Assembly (NCBI GenBank): GCA_951406725.2
Contig: OX597842.1
Span: 3,596,001-3,660,000 of the forward strand
Direction of reading: 5' to 3'
DNA length: 64,000 nucleotides
DNA from: Octopus vulgaris
Lineage: Eukaryota
In this document: piece after piece, positions 42,400 through 56,740 of the stretch
Numbering within the stretch: the first letter of the stretch is position 1
Layout: the number at the start of each line of letters is the position of its first letter
The notes under the pieces: model-generated
The model's database searches: none
What the model was told of the DNA's origin: nothing
Seen by the model: the letters and a program-made list of their open reading frames with translations, nothing else
Translations under genes and position numbers: made by a program

Positions 42400-42635
42400 A
42401 GGCGCAATGGCCTAGTGGTTAGGGCAGCGGACTCGCGGTCGCAGGATCGCGGTTTCGATTCTCAGACCGGGCGTTGTGTGTGTTTATTGAGCGAAAACAC
42501 CTAAAAGCTCTACGAGGCTCCGGCAGGGGGTGGTGATCCCTGCTGTACTCTTTCACCACAATGGCGGTGCCCCAGCATGGCCACAGCTCAAGAGCTGAAA
42601 CTGGAAAAACAAAAAACAAACAAAAACAAAAAAAC
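42400..42635 (+). mobile_element. Chimeric retrocopy: SINE C head joined to the CR1/L2-like LINE tail
   Basis: 42400-42560 matches 10103-10262; 42561-42603 matches the tail at 21185-21230 (-); an A-rich end follows. Confidence 0.8.
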
Positions 42636-42963
42636 AATACATATATATGCATATATGTATCGGAAGGTTTGGAGATGATGTACAGGTACTTTATATTAGA
42701 AGAAATGAGGTACTCAGAAAATCGGATGGTTTTATATTTACAGATATTTATTTGTATATTACATTTTTTATACATCATATAACTTAGATCATGTATTAGC
42801 TCTTTCTCCCATTCTAGTGGGGTTTTCAAATCAAACTAAGTTCCTGTGTGAGGAGTTCTGACCATTTTATAGTGGTATTGAGTTTGTAGTGGTGGGGAGG
42901 AATATAAAACAGTACAAAAGGGTAATGCATGTATATATGTATGTATATATATATATATATGTA

Positions 42964-43002
<39 letters not shown>

Positions 43003-43324
43003 GGCAGGCATGGCTGCAAGAAGCTAGCTTCCCAGCCACATGGCTCCGTGTTCAGTCCTATTGCGTGGCACCTTCGACTAAAAATTCTGTAAGGCGATAC
43101 TCCAGGATGGCCGTAGTCAAATTGGCTGAAGCAAGCAAAACAGTAAGAGAATAAAAGAATATATTGTATTATATGTATATCTACATCTGTCTTGTGGCTG
43201 TAATACACTTCGAAGTGCTCGAGCCGGTAAATGTAACGGCAGGCAAGTTAGGCAAGTCTGTATCGGCAATTGTGGGGATAATCAAATTAAATATACTCAA
43301 TATAACACCTTGGTTATGAAATAC

Positions 43325-43371
<47 letters not shown>

Positions 43372-43825
43372 AGGGAAAGTTTACGAAAATAAACAAAAGA
43401 CGAAGGAAGGTGAAGTACAAACAAACAAATGTATTAGTATGGCGCTCAGGAATAGAAAAAGGATTTTACGTTTCGAGCCTACGCTCTTCGACAGAAAGAT
43501 ACACAGAAGAAAAAAAACAAGGAGAGAAACAAGGAGAGAAAAAAATGCGTGTAGTAGCTAACGATATACGCAAAATGAGAGATCTCTGCGCTAAGATCTG
43601 TTGGTAACTCTTCCTCAATCACAGTTTTATGTAAATATGAGAGCATGGAACAACTAAGGCGAGAGGGCCTAATTAAAACCCATAGAGGGCCTCAAGACCT
43701 TATGTATGTAATTCAAAATATAAATAATAATAAACCACAAGATAAACTTTTATTTTTCAGAATGAAAGAAAACTAAGAGTCAGGTTGAAAATAACGTTCA
43801 TTTTTGTATACTCCCACTTTATATT

Positions 43826-44055
43826 TGGAACGTTTCTTCCTACTTTTTTGATTGCGAAGTCTTTGATCAGATCCTCAAAATTAATCTTACGTCGCACATC
43901 TGCTTCTATGTTTAGTAGAGATATAAAACATCCTGCCTGACTTGTTGCATAGTTGTTCTGGTGGGATTTCTAATATACTTCAACTGAGAAAATGAATGCT
44001 CAGCTATCATTAATGTCTAAAATATACGAAAGGCAATGTCTACACCAGGAAAGGT
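43826..44055 (-). pseudogene. hAT transposase C-terminal dimerisation domain remnant
   Basis: FPGVDIAFRIF*TLMIAEHSFSQLKYIRNPTRTTMQQVR...SLLNIEADVRRKINFEDLIKDFAIKK. Confidence 0.8.
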
Positions 44056-44689
44056 TCACTCAGCTTAGTTTATTTTAGCAAGTTTCAGATTTCATTTGTG
44101 CCGTAAACCATTAACAATTTCTGTGATGCCCCCACCCTATTTCCCTTGATGCCCTATGCATGTGCTTATTTTGCTTAATGGTTAATCCAGTGCTTGGAGA
44201 GACCTTCCCTCGAATTACAATCAGGTTGGTGGAGATGCAGCAACAGGGCGCCAGGACGAAGCAGGGGCAGGCGATGGAAGGGAGCAACAACTTGACATAT
44301 GGAAGTGAAACTCATAGAGAATCGAGTTCTTGATTTCTGGAGTGCTTCTCAACCGGGGTCAATATGACCCTGGTGAGCGGGACCCACATAAGATTTTCCT
44401 GTTAAAGTTTATCTGCAATAAATTGGTTATATTTCTACAATGCACAAAATATTTTAACAATATGTTAATTCAATTTCCAATAGTATTTAATTATAAAACT
44501 AATCTTTCAATCTTTCAATCTTTCAAACTTTTAATCTTTTAATCTTTTAATCTTTACTTGTTTCGGTCATTAGACTGCTGCTACGCTGGGGCACCGTCTT
44601 GAAGAGCTTTTTAGTCGAATAAATCGACCACATTACTAATGTTTTTGTTTTTTTTTAATTACGTCTGGTACCTTTTTAAAATATATATA

Positions 44690-45090
44690 GGCGCAGGAGT
44701 GGCTGTGTGGTAAGTAGCTTGTTTACCAGCCACATGATTCCGGGTTCAGTCCCACTGCATGGCACCTTGGGCAAGTGTCTTCTACTATAGCCACGGGCCG
44801 ACCAAAGCCTTGTGAGTGGATTTGGTAGACGGAAACTGAAAGAAGCCCGTCGTATATATGTATATATATGTATGTGCGTGTATGTTTGTGTGTCTGTGTT
44901 TGTCTCCCTAGCATCGCTTGACAACTGATGCTGGTGTGTTTATGTCCCCGTCACTTAGCGGTTCAGCAAAAGAGACCGATAGAATAAGTACTGGGCTTAC
45001 AAAGAATAAGTCCCGGGGTCGAGTTGCTCGATTAAAGGTGGTGCACCAGCATGGCCGCAGTCAAAATGACTGAAACAAGTAAAAAAAAAA
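44690..45090 (+). mobile_element. SINE family A, full-length reference copy
   Basis: GGCGCAGGAG-TGGCTGTGTGG (A box), GGTTCAGTCCC (B box), CORE-like CACCTTGGGCAAGTGTCTT, internal TA/TG tract, tail CAGCATGGCCGCAGTCAAAATGACTGAAACAAGT plus poly(A). More than 20 copies or fragments occur in the window. Confidence 0.9.
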
Positions 45091-45283
45091 TTAATAAAAT
45101 AAAATTATAATAAAATAAAATTATAAATCTCTCAGAGAGATTTATACAATAGCAGCACGATAAAGTGATGGTTTGTTGTCAACCTTGAAAACATAAGGAC
45201 ACAATACACTTGTGTCACATGGCCAAATAGAAACGGTGATTCCTGGGGCTAAATAGCAGTAGCATTCTCCCCTTTACTCAATT

Positions 45284-45925
45284 CTCATTACCAGTCACCA
45301 TTCGGTCCCAAAAATGTTCATTCCGTGAGATGTGACAGCAAAGAATAGCACACATTCACTCTCTGCACGCGATTAGACTAAGAAAGTTTGTGAAGAACCC
45401 ATTGACCCAATTTGCTGACTTTTCCGATGGCACACAGGTGTCGATGAATGGTTGAATGACCAAATCCAAGCTTCTTTGGTAGTTCTTCAACAATTACGAT
45501 GAGATTTTGTTCCACCAGGGTTTGCAGGACGTCCTCGTCGAGTTCTACAGATCTTCCACGATGAGGCTCGTCTTCTTGGCTGTAGTTTCCGGCTCAGAAT
45601 TTCTGGAACCACCGTTGACACTGGCTTATGCCTATTGTCCGATCCCCATATGCTGCATTAATATTCCTTGCATGTTCCGTTGCATTGTTGCCTTCATTGA
45701 AAGCAAAATATGCTGAATATGCTCCTTTGTTACTTCCATTAAAGCTTTGAAAAAATAACTGTTAAAATCGAACTGCACTCTTCAAAACTAGCACTAAGAA
45801 TAAGTACAAGGTAAAATTACTACCTGTTTTTATAGCAAGTTGATGCAGGTAGTTTATTCCATCCCCCTCCAAATTTTAGTTCATGCACTTTAAAAAAACC
45901 GCATTATTTATGGGATGACCCAATA
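45284..45925 (-). pseudogene. Mariner element 5' part with decayed transposase
   Basis: TIR AAAAAAACCGCATTATTTATGGGATGACCCAATA. The minus strand gives KLGQWVLHKLS (WVPHEL-like) and, across a frameshift, DRMVTGNE (DRIVTGDE-like). Confidence 0.85.
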
Positions 45926-46006
45926 CATATATTTATGCGTGTGTGTACATATAATATATATACAACACACACATACACATACACACACTCACACACATAT
46001 ATATGC

Positions 46007-46116
<110 letters not shown>

Positions 46117-46708
46117 TACACACTTAGAAAATATATTCATACATACATCACGTACAAATATATATTCATATACGATTAGAAACACATAAAACCAGCACTA
46201 AAATATTCACATACGTACGTGCATACATTAATACATACATACATAAATATATGCATAAGTACATATATACGCATCCACATATACATATATGCATATATGC
46301 AACTATACACACACACACACACAGGTATACAAATCCATATATGCACACATACACACCCGTAAATACACACACGCACAATTGAATGTTTCCAATCTGTATT
46401 TCGCCTCCCTTTGACTTGTATGTCAACGTGACGACATCGTCTGCGATAGACTCACAAAAAGGCGCCAAAATTCAACAAATAACCGGCAGAAAAATAAAAG
46501 TATGCGGGTCAAGTGAGACGCCATATTGGCTGTAGGTTTAATAGAAATGCATAGATGTCGCTGCAAGCGCCAGTCTCTATTTTTATAAAAGTGCTGGACA
46601 ATGAAAAACGGCGCTTGTTCGCGTGTATTGTGCTAATGTGTTAATGTGTGCGCGCGCACGTGTGAATGCGTTGTGTGTCTGTGTTTAAGCGCACGCATAC
46701 AGTCAGCT

Positions 46709-46757
<49 letters not shown>

Positions 46758-46821
46758 GTATATATACATATATATATATAGATATATAAATATATATATA
46801 CGAGAGAGAGATGTGTGTATT

Positions 46822-46896
<75 letters not shown>

Positions 46897-46982
46897 ATAT
46901 ACATGTATATATATATTTATTATATATAGATATATAAATATATATATAGCACAGAGAGAGATGTGTGTATTTATATATATAT

Positions 46983-47108
<126 letters not shown>

Positions 47109-48404
47109 GTGTATGTGTGTGTATGCATATTTATGAAATTATATCAACATACAAATATGCATACATATGTAATTACACACACACATACAGACATACACAT
47201 ACACACATACACAGCACACGCGTATATTTGTGTATTTGAGAAACAGGTAGACACTAGAGGTGGGGAGAGGGAGGGAGAGGGAGAGAGAGAGGTGTTTGGA
47301 GACAGAAAAAGAAAGAAAGAATTTGAGGGGGGGGGGAAGAATGGTCGAAGGAGGGCTTGGAATAGACGCAGGAAATACAGAAGAAGAGAAAGAATTATGT
47401 CAGGGCCCCATTAAAACCCGGGAACGGCTAAATAAGTATCCATTTTTTATTGTCTGTTGGAACCAAGTCAATGTCGCCAAAAACCTTTATTCGAGCCAGT
47501 TCAATAGTACCAAACCAAAAAAAGAAAATGACCCACTCTTTCATAACAACAACAACAACAGGAGGGGGAGGTGGAAGTGGAAGAAGAAGGAAAATAAAGA
47601 AGAATGTTGATAATAATGTTGATGATGATGATGATTATAATTATAATAATGATAAGATTAATAATGATAATAATGAGGATAATAAATGATATTGATGATG
47701 ATGATGATGATGATAGACATAATAATAATTTCTTTTATTTGCCACCAGAGCGACGGATGAGGGAGCCAATTGAAAGACAGGTATAAAGGGTTGGTGGAGG
47801 CGAGTACATAATAAGAGTAAGAGGAGGAAGAAGAAGAAGAAGAAGAAGAAGAAGAAGAAGAATTGGAAGAAGAAGAAGAAGAAGACGAAGAAGAAGAAGA
47901 CGAAGAAGAAGACTACAACGAGAAGAAGACGATGGTGATAATGATGATGATGATGATAATGAAGAGGAGGGGAGAAAAATGCTGATAATAATGATGATGT
48001 TGATGATGATGATAGCCAAAATAACAAGAACAGTAGTAGTAGTAGTAATAGTAGTGCTGGTGGTGGTGGTGGTGGTGGTGGTGTCACTTTAGCAACGGCG
48101 ATAATGAACGGTGGAACTCACAATTGATTGCTGAATGGAATTGGTTTGGCGACGTGAGAATAAGAAGGACAAGAAGAAGGAAAGAAGAAAATCGCTATTT
48201 ATATAACATGGTGTGTCCGCGCGCGCACGCGTGTGTGTGTAGGCCTGGTCGAATGTTTAAGATGTTCACTCTGCGAACATGAGGTTCAGGTTTCGATCTC
48301 ACAGCGTGGAATTTCGGGCGAAATACCATTTTCTGTAACTTCAGATGTCGATCTGGTAGCATTCCCTAGCAGAGAATTGTGTAGAGGGAAAACTACGAGG
48401 AAGC

Positions 48405-48800
48405 CTCTGGCTGTGTGGTAAGCAGCTTGCTTACCATCCACATGGTTCCGGGTTCAGTCCCACTGCGTTGCACCTTGGGCAAGTGTCTTCTACTATAGCC
48501 TCGTGTCGACCAAAGCCTTGTGAGTGGATTTGGTAGACGGAAACTGAAAGAAGCCCATCGTATATATGTATATATATATGTATGTGCGTGTATATGTTTG
48601 TGTGTCTGTATCCCCTAAATATCGCTTGACAACCGATGTTGGTGTGTTTACGTCCCCGTAAATTAGTGGTTCGGCAAAAGAAACCGATAGAATAAGTACT
48701 AGGCTAACGAACAATAAGTACTGGGGTCTATTTATTCGGCTAAAGGTAGTGCTCCAGCATGGCCGCAGTCAAATAACTGAAACAAATAAAAGAATAAAAG
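48405..48800 (+). mobile_element. SINE family A, near full length
   Basis: Matches 44700-45085. Confidence 0.85.
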
Positions 48801-49535
48801 AAAGAATGAAAAGAATACAGTTTTGTCATACACCATGTTCCGCTGGTTTTTTGTTCGGGAATTGTGTTAAGAGTAGAGTCGTCTGCGGAACATTCAGTTT
48901 CAGTTACGCGTTAATTCAATGGAAGTGGCCATGGAGTTGATCGAAACACTAATCAACGGAACAGCCTGCTCGTGAATTCCACGTGCAGGCGGCTGAGTAC
49001 TTCACAGACAGGCGTACCTTTAACGTAGTTCTGAAGGAGATTCAGTGTGACAAAGAACGTAACATGACTGGCCCTTTTGAAATACAGAATTTGCCAGTTG
49101 AGTGGGCTGGAGTAATGTGAAATTCCGCCGGGAATCGAACTCACAACATTACTATCGAGAGCCGAATGCCCTAACCACTGAGCCACGTGCCTTCACTACG
49201 TGTCGATGTTGCAACACCAGTAACAACATTGTGACATTGTGATCGATATCTACCAAGGAATTGGCAAAGTCGCTGCCGTATTCTTGAGAATGTACGCTAC
49301 GTGATACTCTAATAAAATCGGCAAAACCACCAAGATCCAGCTTTGGAACAGTATCCGACGAAAGATAACACAAAACCCCCACTCATTGTATAGGTATTAT
49401 TGACAGCAAACATTTATATGAAAGATTGAAAATATGGGGAAAGATAGAAATGCCAGATGGCTGGCATCAGAAAATGGAATTGGTAATGTCAAAAAGTCGG
49501 GAGAAAGAACTTGAAAAGCAACTTGAGGATGAATA

Positions 49536-49930
49536 TCTTAATATATAAAAGTAAGGTTGTGTGTCTGTCTCCTACGATTTAGATTCCTAACTACTCCCAC
49601 ATTTTGCGGTGCAGTTTAACCAAAACCGGGTATCTTATAGTCGTGATTCATATCGAGCCCTTCTGGGTATTAGCGCGCGTCTACGATGAGTCTACGATTT
49701 TAAAATGTTTACCATAATTTTTTTCCATTTTAATGCATTTTTTTCGCTATTATATAAGGGAAGTAACTCTCTAAAAATGTCTACGATGAGTCTACGATTA
49801 AAATAAAAATTACCATCATTTTTTTCCATTTTTAATGCATTTTTTTGCTATTTTTTTACTATAACTCTCTAAAAATGCTTATATAGTTATTTCCCTTACA
49901 AACCCGAGCAACGCCGGGCGATACTGCTAG
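49536..49930 (+). mobile_element. Non-autonomous Helitron
   Basis: 5' TCTTAATATATAAAA, subterminal hairpin CCCGAGCAACGCCGGG, 3' CTAG, inserted between A and T; internal ~100-bp tandem duplication. Confidence 0.9.
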
Positions 49931-51412
49931 TATATTTATAAAAGGAACATTGGCACCGGAAAAGAGGGATGAACTAGAAGAAATATACGAGATTAAATTT
50001 AGGGACTTTGCGGTTTTCGCGGAAAATTAGGAAAAAAAGGACAATGAAGTGATGTTGACTGATGGGGCAGTTAACATCAATTTCATCTCTCATTTTCACC
50101 CTCATTTTATCATACAATAATTTTTTTGGTGTTTTGTGTCCCTAATGTGTTGTAGTGTCCCCTCTATGTAAGACCTTTATGGTTAATAAAAAATCACACA
50201 GTATTCGACGAGGTGCTGAAAAAGTCCTTGTAGTGATTTTAGTTTTGATCACGTGATTTTGATTGTCTCGATTGCTGTTATATGCCTGCACTGCGACTGC
50301 GCAGAGTTCTGTTCTGTTTACAGACGACATGTTCAGCGTTGATTTCAGTTAGTCAAGAATGTAGCAACTCGCTGCATAAAACTGTTACTGCGTTGAAGTT
50401 TGGCTTTGCTTACAATTGTAGCCATCTTTGTTTGTATTGTATTTTACTGTATTTTTAGTCGATTAAAACCTTTTAAACTTTGATATTTGAGTTTGGGTTT
50501 ATAAGAGAGTAACATGAAAGAGACGAAAACTGAAAAGTACGGAAGCAGAGAACTCTTCAGGCTCCGCACAAACATCCGTAGCCATTTTGAAAATAATCTA
50601 TTCGCTTAACGAACGCATAAACTATAAATTCGTAAATGGATTCTTTTATGGAATAACGAACGTATTTTACTTTCTTCCTCCATTTTTATATCAATTTTGT
50701 TTCAGTCATTGGACTGCGGCCGTGCTGGAGCACCACCTTGAAAGGTTTACTTAAACAAATCGACCCCAGTATTTTATTTTATCTGTATATCTGGTACTTA
50801 TTTGTTTTGTCGATATATGTAACTGAAACGCTAAATTACAAGAATGTAAACAAACCAGGACCGGAGAATTTTTAGCCAAATCTATCGACCTCTGTACGTT
50901 TTTTTAAGCCTGGTACTTATTCTGTCGGTCTTGCTTTGTCGACCCCTAATTTAAGGGGAGACATAGACACACCAGCACTGCTTGACGACATGGATAAACA
51001 TAGGCACAAACACACACAATACGACGGGCTTCTTTCAGTTTCCACCAACACAGTAGGATTGAACCTGGAACCCTGTGGTTCGGAAGCAAGCTTATAACCA
51101 CACAGCCACGCCTGCCCCTATATATATATGTACGCGCGTGTGTGTGCGCATGTGCATGATTGTGTGTGTGTGTGTATTGACACACATATATATATACACA
51201 TATATACATGTGTGTATACGAGTGTAAACTGGTGGTGGCGGAAAAAGTGTAGCTGCACTCTTGGTGAGACGTGATGGGCATGGATAGAGGAATGTCTGAC
51301 TTACCTATAATCCCTACCAAACACATCACTCCCCACATTCCTTATTCATAGTTTCCTCTTCCATATACACCTCCTTCTCTTTCTTTCCCTCTTTCTATCA
51401 CTTACTTAAAAG

Positions 51413-51443
<31 letters not shown>

Positions 51444-51590
51444 CATGTATGTATGTGAATATATAGATACCTATACACATATATACATGTATATATGTAA
51501 ATGTATATGTATTTCTACAGATTGTGTATACGTGCGTATATATGTATATATATGTATATATGTGTATGTGTTTATATATGTGTATTATAC

Positions 51591-51629
<39 letters not shown>

Positions 51630-51723
51630 AACGTGTGTGTAAATATACATGTATGTATATATATGCATATATATATACATATGTGTATATATGTATGTGT
51701 GTGTACACACACGCACACACACA

Positions 51724-51821
<98 letters not shown>

Positions 51822-52331
51822 TACACATATTATATGTAGCTGGTCAGTGACTGCTAGGATTGTGCTCGAATAAGGGTGCATTGAAAAGGAGCAGTGTTAG
51901 AACTCCCTTCTCCTGCCGTTCCCCACTTCTCACTTCGTTAAAAGCATATATATGTTTTTAAATGCAAACATGTGTGTTCACACGTATTAGATTTCACACA
52001 CATAAATTCGCAAACGCAACATATACACCCACACAAGTGGATATGCACAATACGTACACACACATTTCTACATATACATGCACTCATATAAGGATATATA
52101 TATATGTGTGTGTGAGAGTGTGCATGTATATATATGTATGTATTTATGTGTATATATGTATATACATGTATATATATATATAGGCTTCTTTCAGTTTCTG
52201 TCTACCAAATCCACTCACAAGGCTTTGGCCAGCCCATGGCTATAATAGAAAAAACTTGCCCAAGATGCTCACCACACAGTCACTCCTGCGCCTATATATA
52301 CATACGTACATATATACATACATACATACAG

Positions 52332-52370
<39 letters not shown>

Positions 52371-52873
52371 TATATATATATATATATATATATACCCACA
52401 CACTTACCCGCCCATACACACACAGAAATACACACAAACACACAAACGCAATCATAGCAACAAAACTACATTGTACTCACTCGTTCGCCCTCACTGTCAG
52501 AAATACTAAGATACTCAAACACAGGAACCAACTGTCTTTACGATCTGGCTTACTATTTAGGAAATGGTAGCTAAATCTCCCTCAAACCACAAACTGCATC
52601 ATAACGTCTTAAAATTGGACACTTTGGGTAATGTAATCCGCGGTACACTATGCGAAAGGAATAAAATAAGATGGTCGCGAGTAGAATGTCTTGCAGGGTC
52701 TGTTAGCAGGTTATTTCGTTTGATACATAGCGTTTCGAGTTCAAATCTTGTTGCAGTCAACGACATATTTAAATCTTTCTGGGATTGATTGATGAAAGGT
52801 ATTGACTAGGGTGATAGATGGGTGCAAGTGTTAGAATGTCGCACATGATACCTTGTGGTGTTTACCATATTTT

Positions 52874-53120
52874 AGATCAAACTGATTGAAATGTAAGGTA
52901 GATGTAAATATTGTAATTATTCTTTACAAAGATTGCTGGTTCTAATCCAGCCTGGTACCGTGTACACATCCATGAATAAGAGACCTAATGACTATAGATC
53001 GAAGTGATTGGAATGTATAGGGTAGATGTAAATATTGCGAATGTATAATGCAAAGATGACCAGTTCTAATCCAATCTGGCCCTGTGTACACGTCCAGGAA
53101 TAACACACCTGATGACGATC
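52874..53120. repeat. Diverged tandem duplication, period ~122 bp
   Basis: GGTAGATGTAAATATTG...TTCTAATCCA...GTGTACAC..CCA.GAATAA occurs twice. Confidence 0.8.
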
Positions 53121-53367
53121 AGAGATGAAACTGATGGGGATATAGTGTTGATATGACTGTAGGTTTTATCCATGAAGTGAGCTCGTTGAATAAGGCTTGG
53201 CGTGGGAACCTTTACCCTTTCATTCTTGCTACATGTCCTGATCATCAAAAGGACGTTTCATGGGAAAAGACCACGGAGTTGCCCCTCTTCAAAGATACAA
53301 GGATCAAGTCAAAGCAACACTGAAAGCCTAAATCGTTTGAAACACAAGTCCGAGACCATGCCAGGTG

Positions 53368-53369
<2 letters not shown>

Positions 53370-53435
<66 letters not shown>

Positions 53436-53732
53436 GTTCCTTCTCGAGCCATGCCTGGCTCAGAAGGGCCAGCTTCCCGGTTTCCTTGGCGTATAGGTTC
53501 CCCATCTGGACGGGACGCCGGTCCGTCGCAGGTGAGCTGCAAGATGCAGGAGGAAAGAGTGAAAGAAAGTTGTAGCGAAAGAGTCAGCAGAAGTTCGTCA
53601 TTACCTTCTGCCGGAGCCGTGTGGAGCTTAGGTGTTTCGCTCATAAACGCACACATCGCCCAGTCTCAGATTCGAACCCGCGATTCCTCGACCACGAGTC
53701 CGCTGCTCTAACCATTAGACCATGTGCCGCCA
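53370..53732 (-). mobile_element. SINE (head C, tail type 2) plus (TA)n tail, flanked by a 13-bp TSD
   Basis: CATGCCAGGTGGT at 53357-53369 and 53733-53745; minus-strand head GGCGGCACATGGTCTAATGGTTAGAGCAGCGGACTCG...GGTTCGAATC. Confidence 0.9.
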
Positions 53733-54298
53733 CATGCCAGGTGGTGATGTTCCATTACCATCAAAACCAAAATCTTCGAAACCACTAGAAGAGAAAAAGA
53801 AATCAATCAACGAAACAGAAAGGCTTCATAAAACCAGCATCATCTTCCACCGACATTACATTGCAGTCAATGGCATCGACTTTTCTGTGCAAGAATTGGT
53901 CAACAGAGACATCAGCAGAATCAGTATGAAGGAAGCGCTCAGCGAAGAAGAAACCAAATTCTTGGATACGAGATAAAACCGACGGCGATACAATTTCTAT
54001 GGAGAAGAAAACTGTTTGGTCGCTAAAGATGAGGTTAATAAATCGAAGAATAATATTTGTATTGATTACAATTCATCATAGACAATCAAATATTTGATCA
54101 GCTTGTAAATATTGTTTAAGTAGATTATGTCAACTTCAATATTTGTCGAACATAGCTTTGTAATTATGAAGGAATCGGTGTAACACTCGAAATGATGTTG
54201 TCACTGTGTCTCTGTATCTTGTAATATAGGAAGTATACATAGATTGTCGATTAAGACAAGGTCAAGACACACGTAGATGTATGTATATGTATATATAT

Positions 54299-54331
<33 letters not shown>

Positions 54332-54363
54332 TACATATATATACATATATATATATACATATT

Positions 54364-54399
<36 letters not shown>

Positions 54400-54406
54400 T
54401 ACATAC

Positions 54407-54438
<32 letters not shown>

Positions 54439-54451
54439 ATCTATCTATCTA

Positions 54452-54516
<65 letters not shown>

Positions 54517-54517
<1 letters not shown>

Positions 54518-55262
54518 TAAATAAATATAGGGATGGTATTATTAATATACCATCACAAGTGGTAAGCGAATTATTAGCCATTCAGGCAAATTAATAAAAT
54601 ATATACATACAATATTAGATATGTACATATATACACAAGGGTACTACATAAGTACCTATATCGCTAAAGATAGAAGTCAAAAAATACTTCAGTAGCACCG
54701 AATAGTCACAAATACATTACAGACAAGATAGGAAAAAATATCAGTGAACAATAATAATGTCTTACCTCAAATGGGTCAGAACCTAGTACCGGTTCCGAAA
54801 TTTAGTGCCAAATAGACGCGTGATTTCTCATCAGCCAAAGTCCGCCAGCTAAATAACTACAAACATTCTCTCCCATCATGCCTGCGAAAGTTCGTTTGAA
54901 GTGACCAAGCACCGTACGAACAAACGAAATGCGTAAAATTATTTATAAATAAATATAGGGATGGTATAATTAAAATACCATCACAAGTGGTAAGCGAATT
55001 ATCAGCCGTACAGGCAAATTAATAAAATATATACATACAATATTAGATATGTACATATATACATAAGGGTACTACATGAGTACCTTTATCGCTAATGATA
55101 GAAGGCAGAAAATACTTCTGTATCACCGAATAGTCACAAATCTATTACAGACAAGATAGGAAAAAATATCAGTGAACAATAATAATGTCTTACCTGAAAG
55201 GGGTCAGAACAAGTAAATGCCGGTCAACCTGGTACCGGTTTCGAAATTTAGCGCCAAATAGG
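54517..55262 (-). mobile_element. Partial tandem repeat (period ~427 bp) resembling PLE pseudo-LTRs, with a hammerhead at 54783-54838
   Basis: Copies start at 54517 and 54944. Minus strand TTGG-CTGATGA-GAAAT...ATTTC-G(G/A)AA-CCGGT-A-C(T/C)AG. Confidence 0.75.
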
Positions 55263-55635
55263 CATACATACATACATATATATATGTATGTATGTATGCA
55301 TCTATATATGAGTGTATGTATGTATGCATGTATGTATATGTGTATATATAGATATATATATATATACACGACAGGCTTCCATACAGTTTCCGTTTACCAA
55401 ATTCACTCAAAAGGTATTGGTCGGAACGGATCTATAATAGAAGATACTTACCTACGGTGCCTCTGCTTCAGACTGAACCCGAAACTCAGTGGTAGAAAGC
55501 CGAGCTTCTTAACCACAGTCATGCCTGCGTCTGACACAGTTTGACACATTTATGTATATATATGTGTGGTGGGTATGATTGAGTGTGGGTGTGTATACAT
55601 ATATATATGTATATATATATTGACACATTCATATA

Positions 55636-55796
<161 letters not shown>

Positions 55797-56215
55797 ACAC
55801 ATACATATATATATACATACATACATGTATACACTCACCTAATAAGGTCAGGTGTCAATCATATGTCCCACTTGTAAAACAGTCTTCTTCAATTTATTTC
55901 ATAATTTGACAATGAGACCTCCCACGTAGTGACACACGAAGATTGTGGTTGTATAACGGAACTACATATATACCTACATACATACACGTGGGATTATATT
56001 TGTGAGCATGTGCATACTCACACATTCGTACACATTTCTAAACATATATACACCCATACGCATTTGTATATACAGATGTATGTCATTGTATGTGGATATA
56101 TACGTATATACATATATTTATGTTGGTATATGCATGTATATATATACATATATATATATGTATATGTATATATATGTATATATATATATGTATGTATATA
56201 TATATGTATGTATAT

Positions 56216-56296
<81 letters not shown>

Positions 56297-56490
56297 GCAC
56301 GGATTTTTGTCAGTGAACAGGTCGCGGTCTTAAAACGACGAAAATATTTTGACAAATTAAACTTAAATGTTGAAGTGAATCGAACGGCTTTTGTGTGTTT
56401 CTTAAATGGCTTACAAACACCTTCCATGCTGCAGTCGTTTTCGTTTCAGCGCACGATCTCAGATCAAATCACTTGCTATGCAAGTACATC

Positions 56491-56537
<47 letters not shown>

Positions 56538-56681
56538 TAATTAAGGGTGCTACAAGTAGTTCCAGCACACTAGAAGTAGAAGTCGGAGGACGTTTGCGGC
56601 CACAAATTTGCCGCGGCATTAAAAACGTCATCTCACACATTGTTGAGATGGGCAGTCTTCTATGACCCTCGGGTCAGTAAG

Positions 56682-56740
56682 ACTCACTGATGTGAACTAA
56701 GTCGCATTTTCACAAAGTTCGAAATCGTGGCGATACGGGT
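56682..56740 (+). ncRNA. Hammerhead-like motif with one core change
   Basis: ACTCA-CTGATGT-GAACT...AGTTC-GAAA-TCG-tgg-CGAT-A-CGGGT; stems II and III pair, stem I is imperfect. Confidence 0.6.

Noticed and set aside
49245-50080. Purine-rich possible coding remnant on either side of the Helitron
   Set aside because: Multiple stops and only a vague RTE-like resemblance at 49245-49355; no assignable product.
53722-53976. 84-aa ORF with weak resemblance to a PLE GIY-YIG C-terminus
   Set aside because: The start lies in the SINE/TSD and the diagnostic GIY-YIG residues are not visible; too weak to call.
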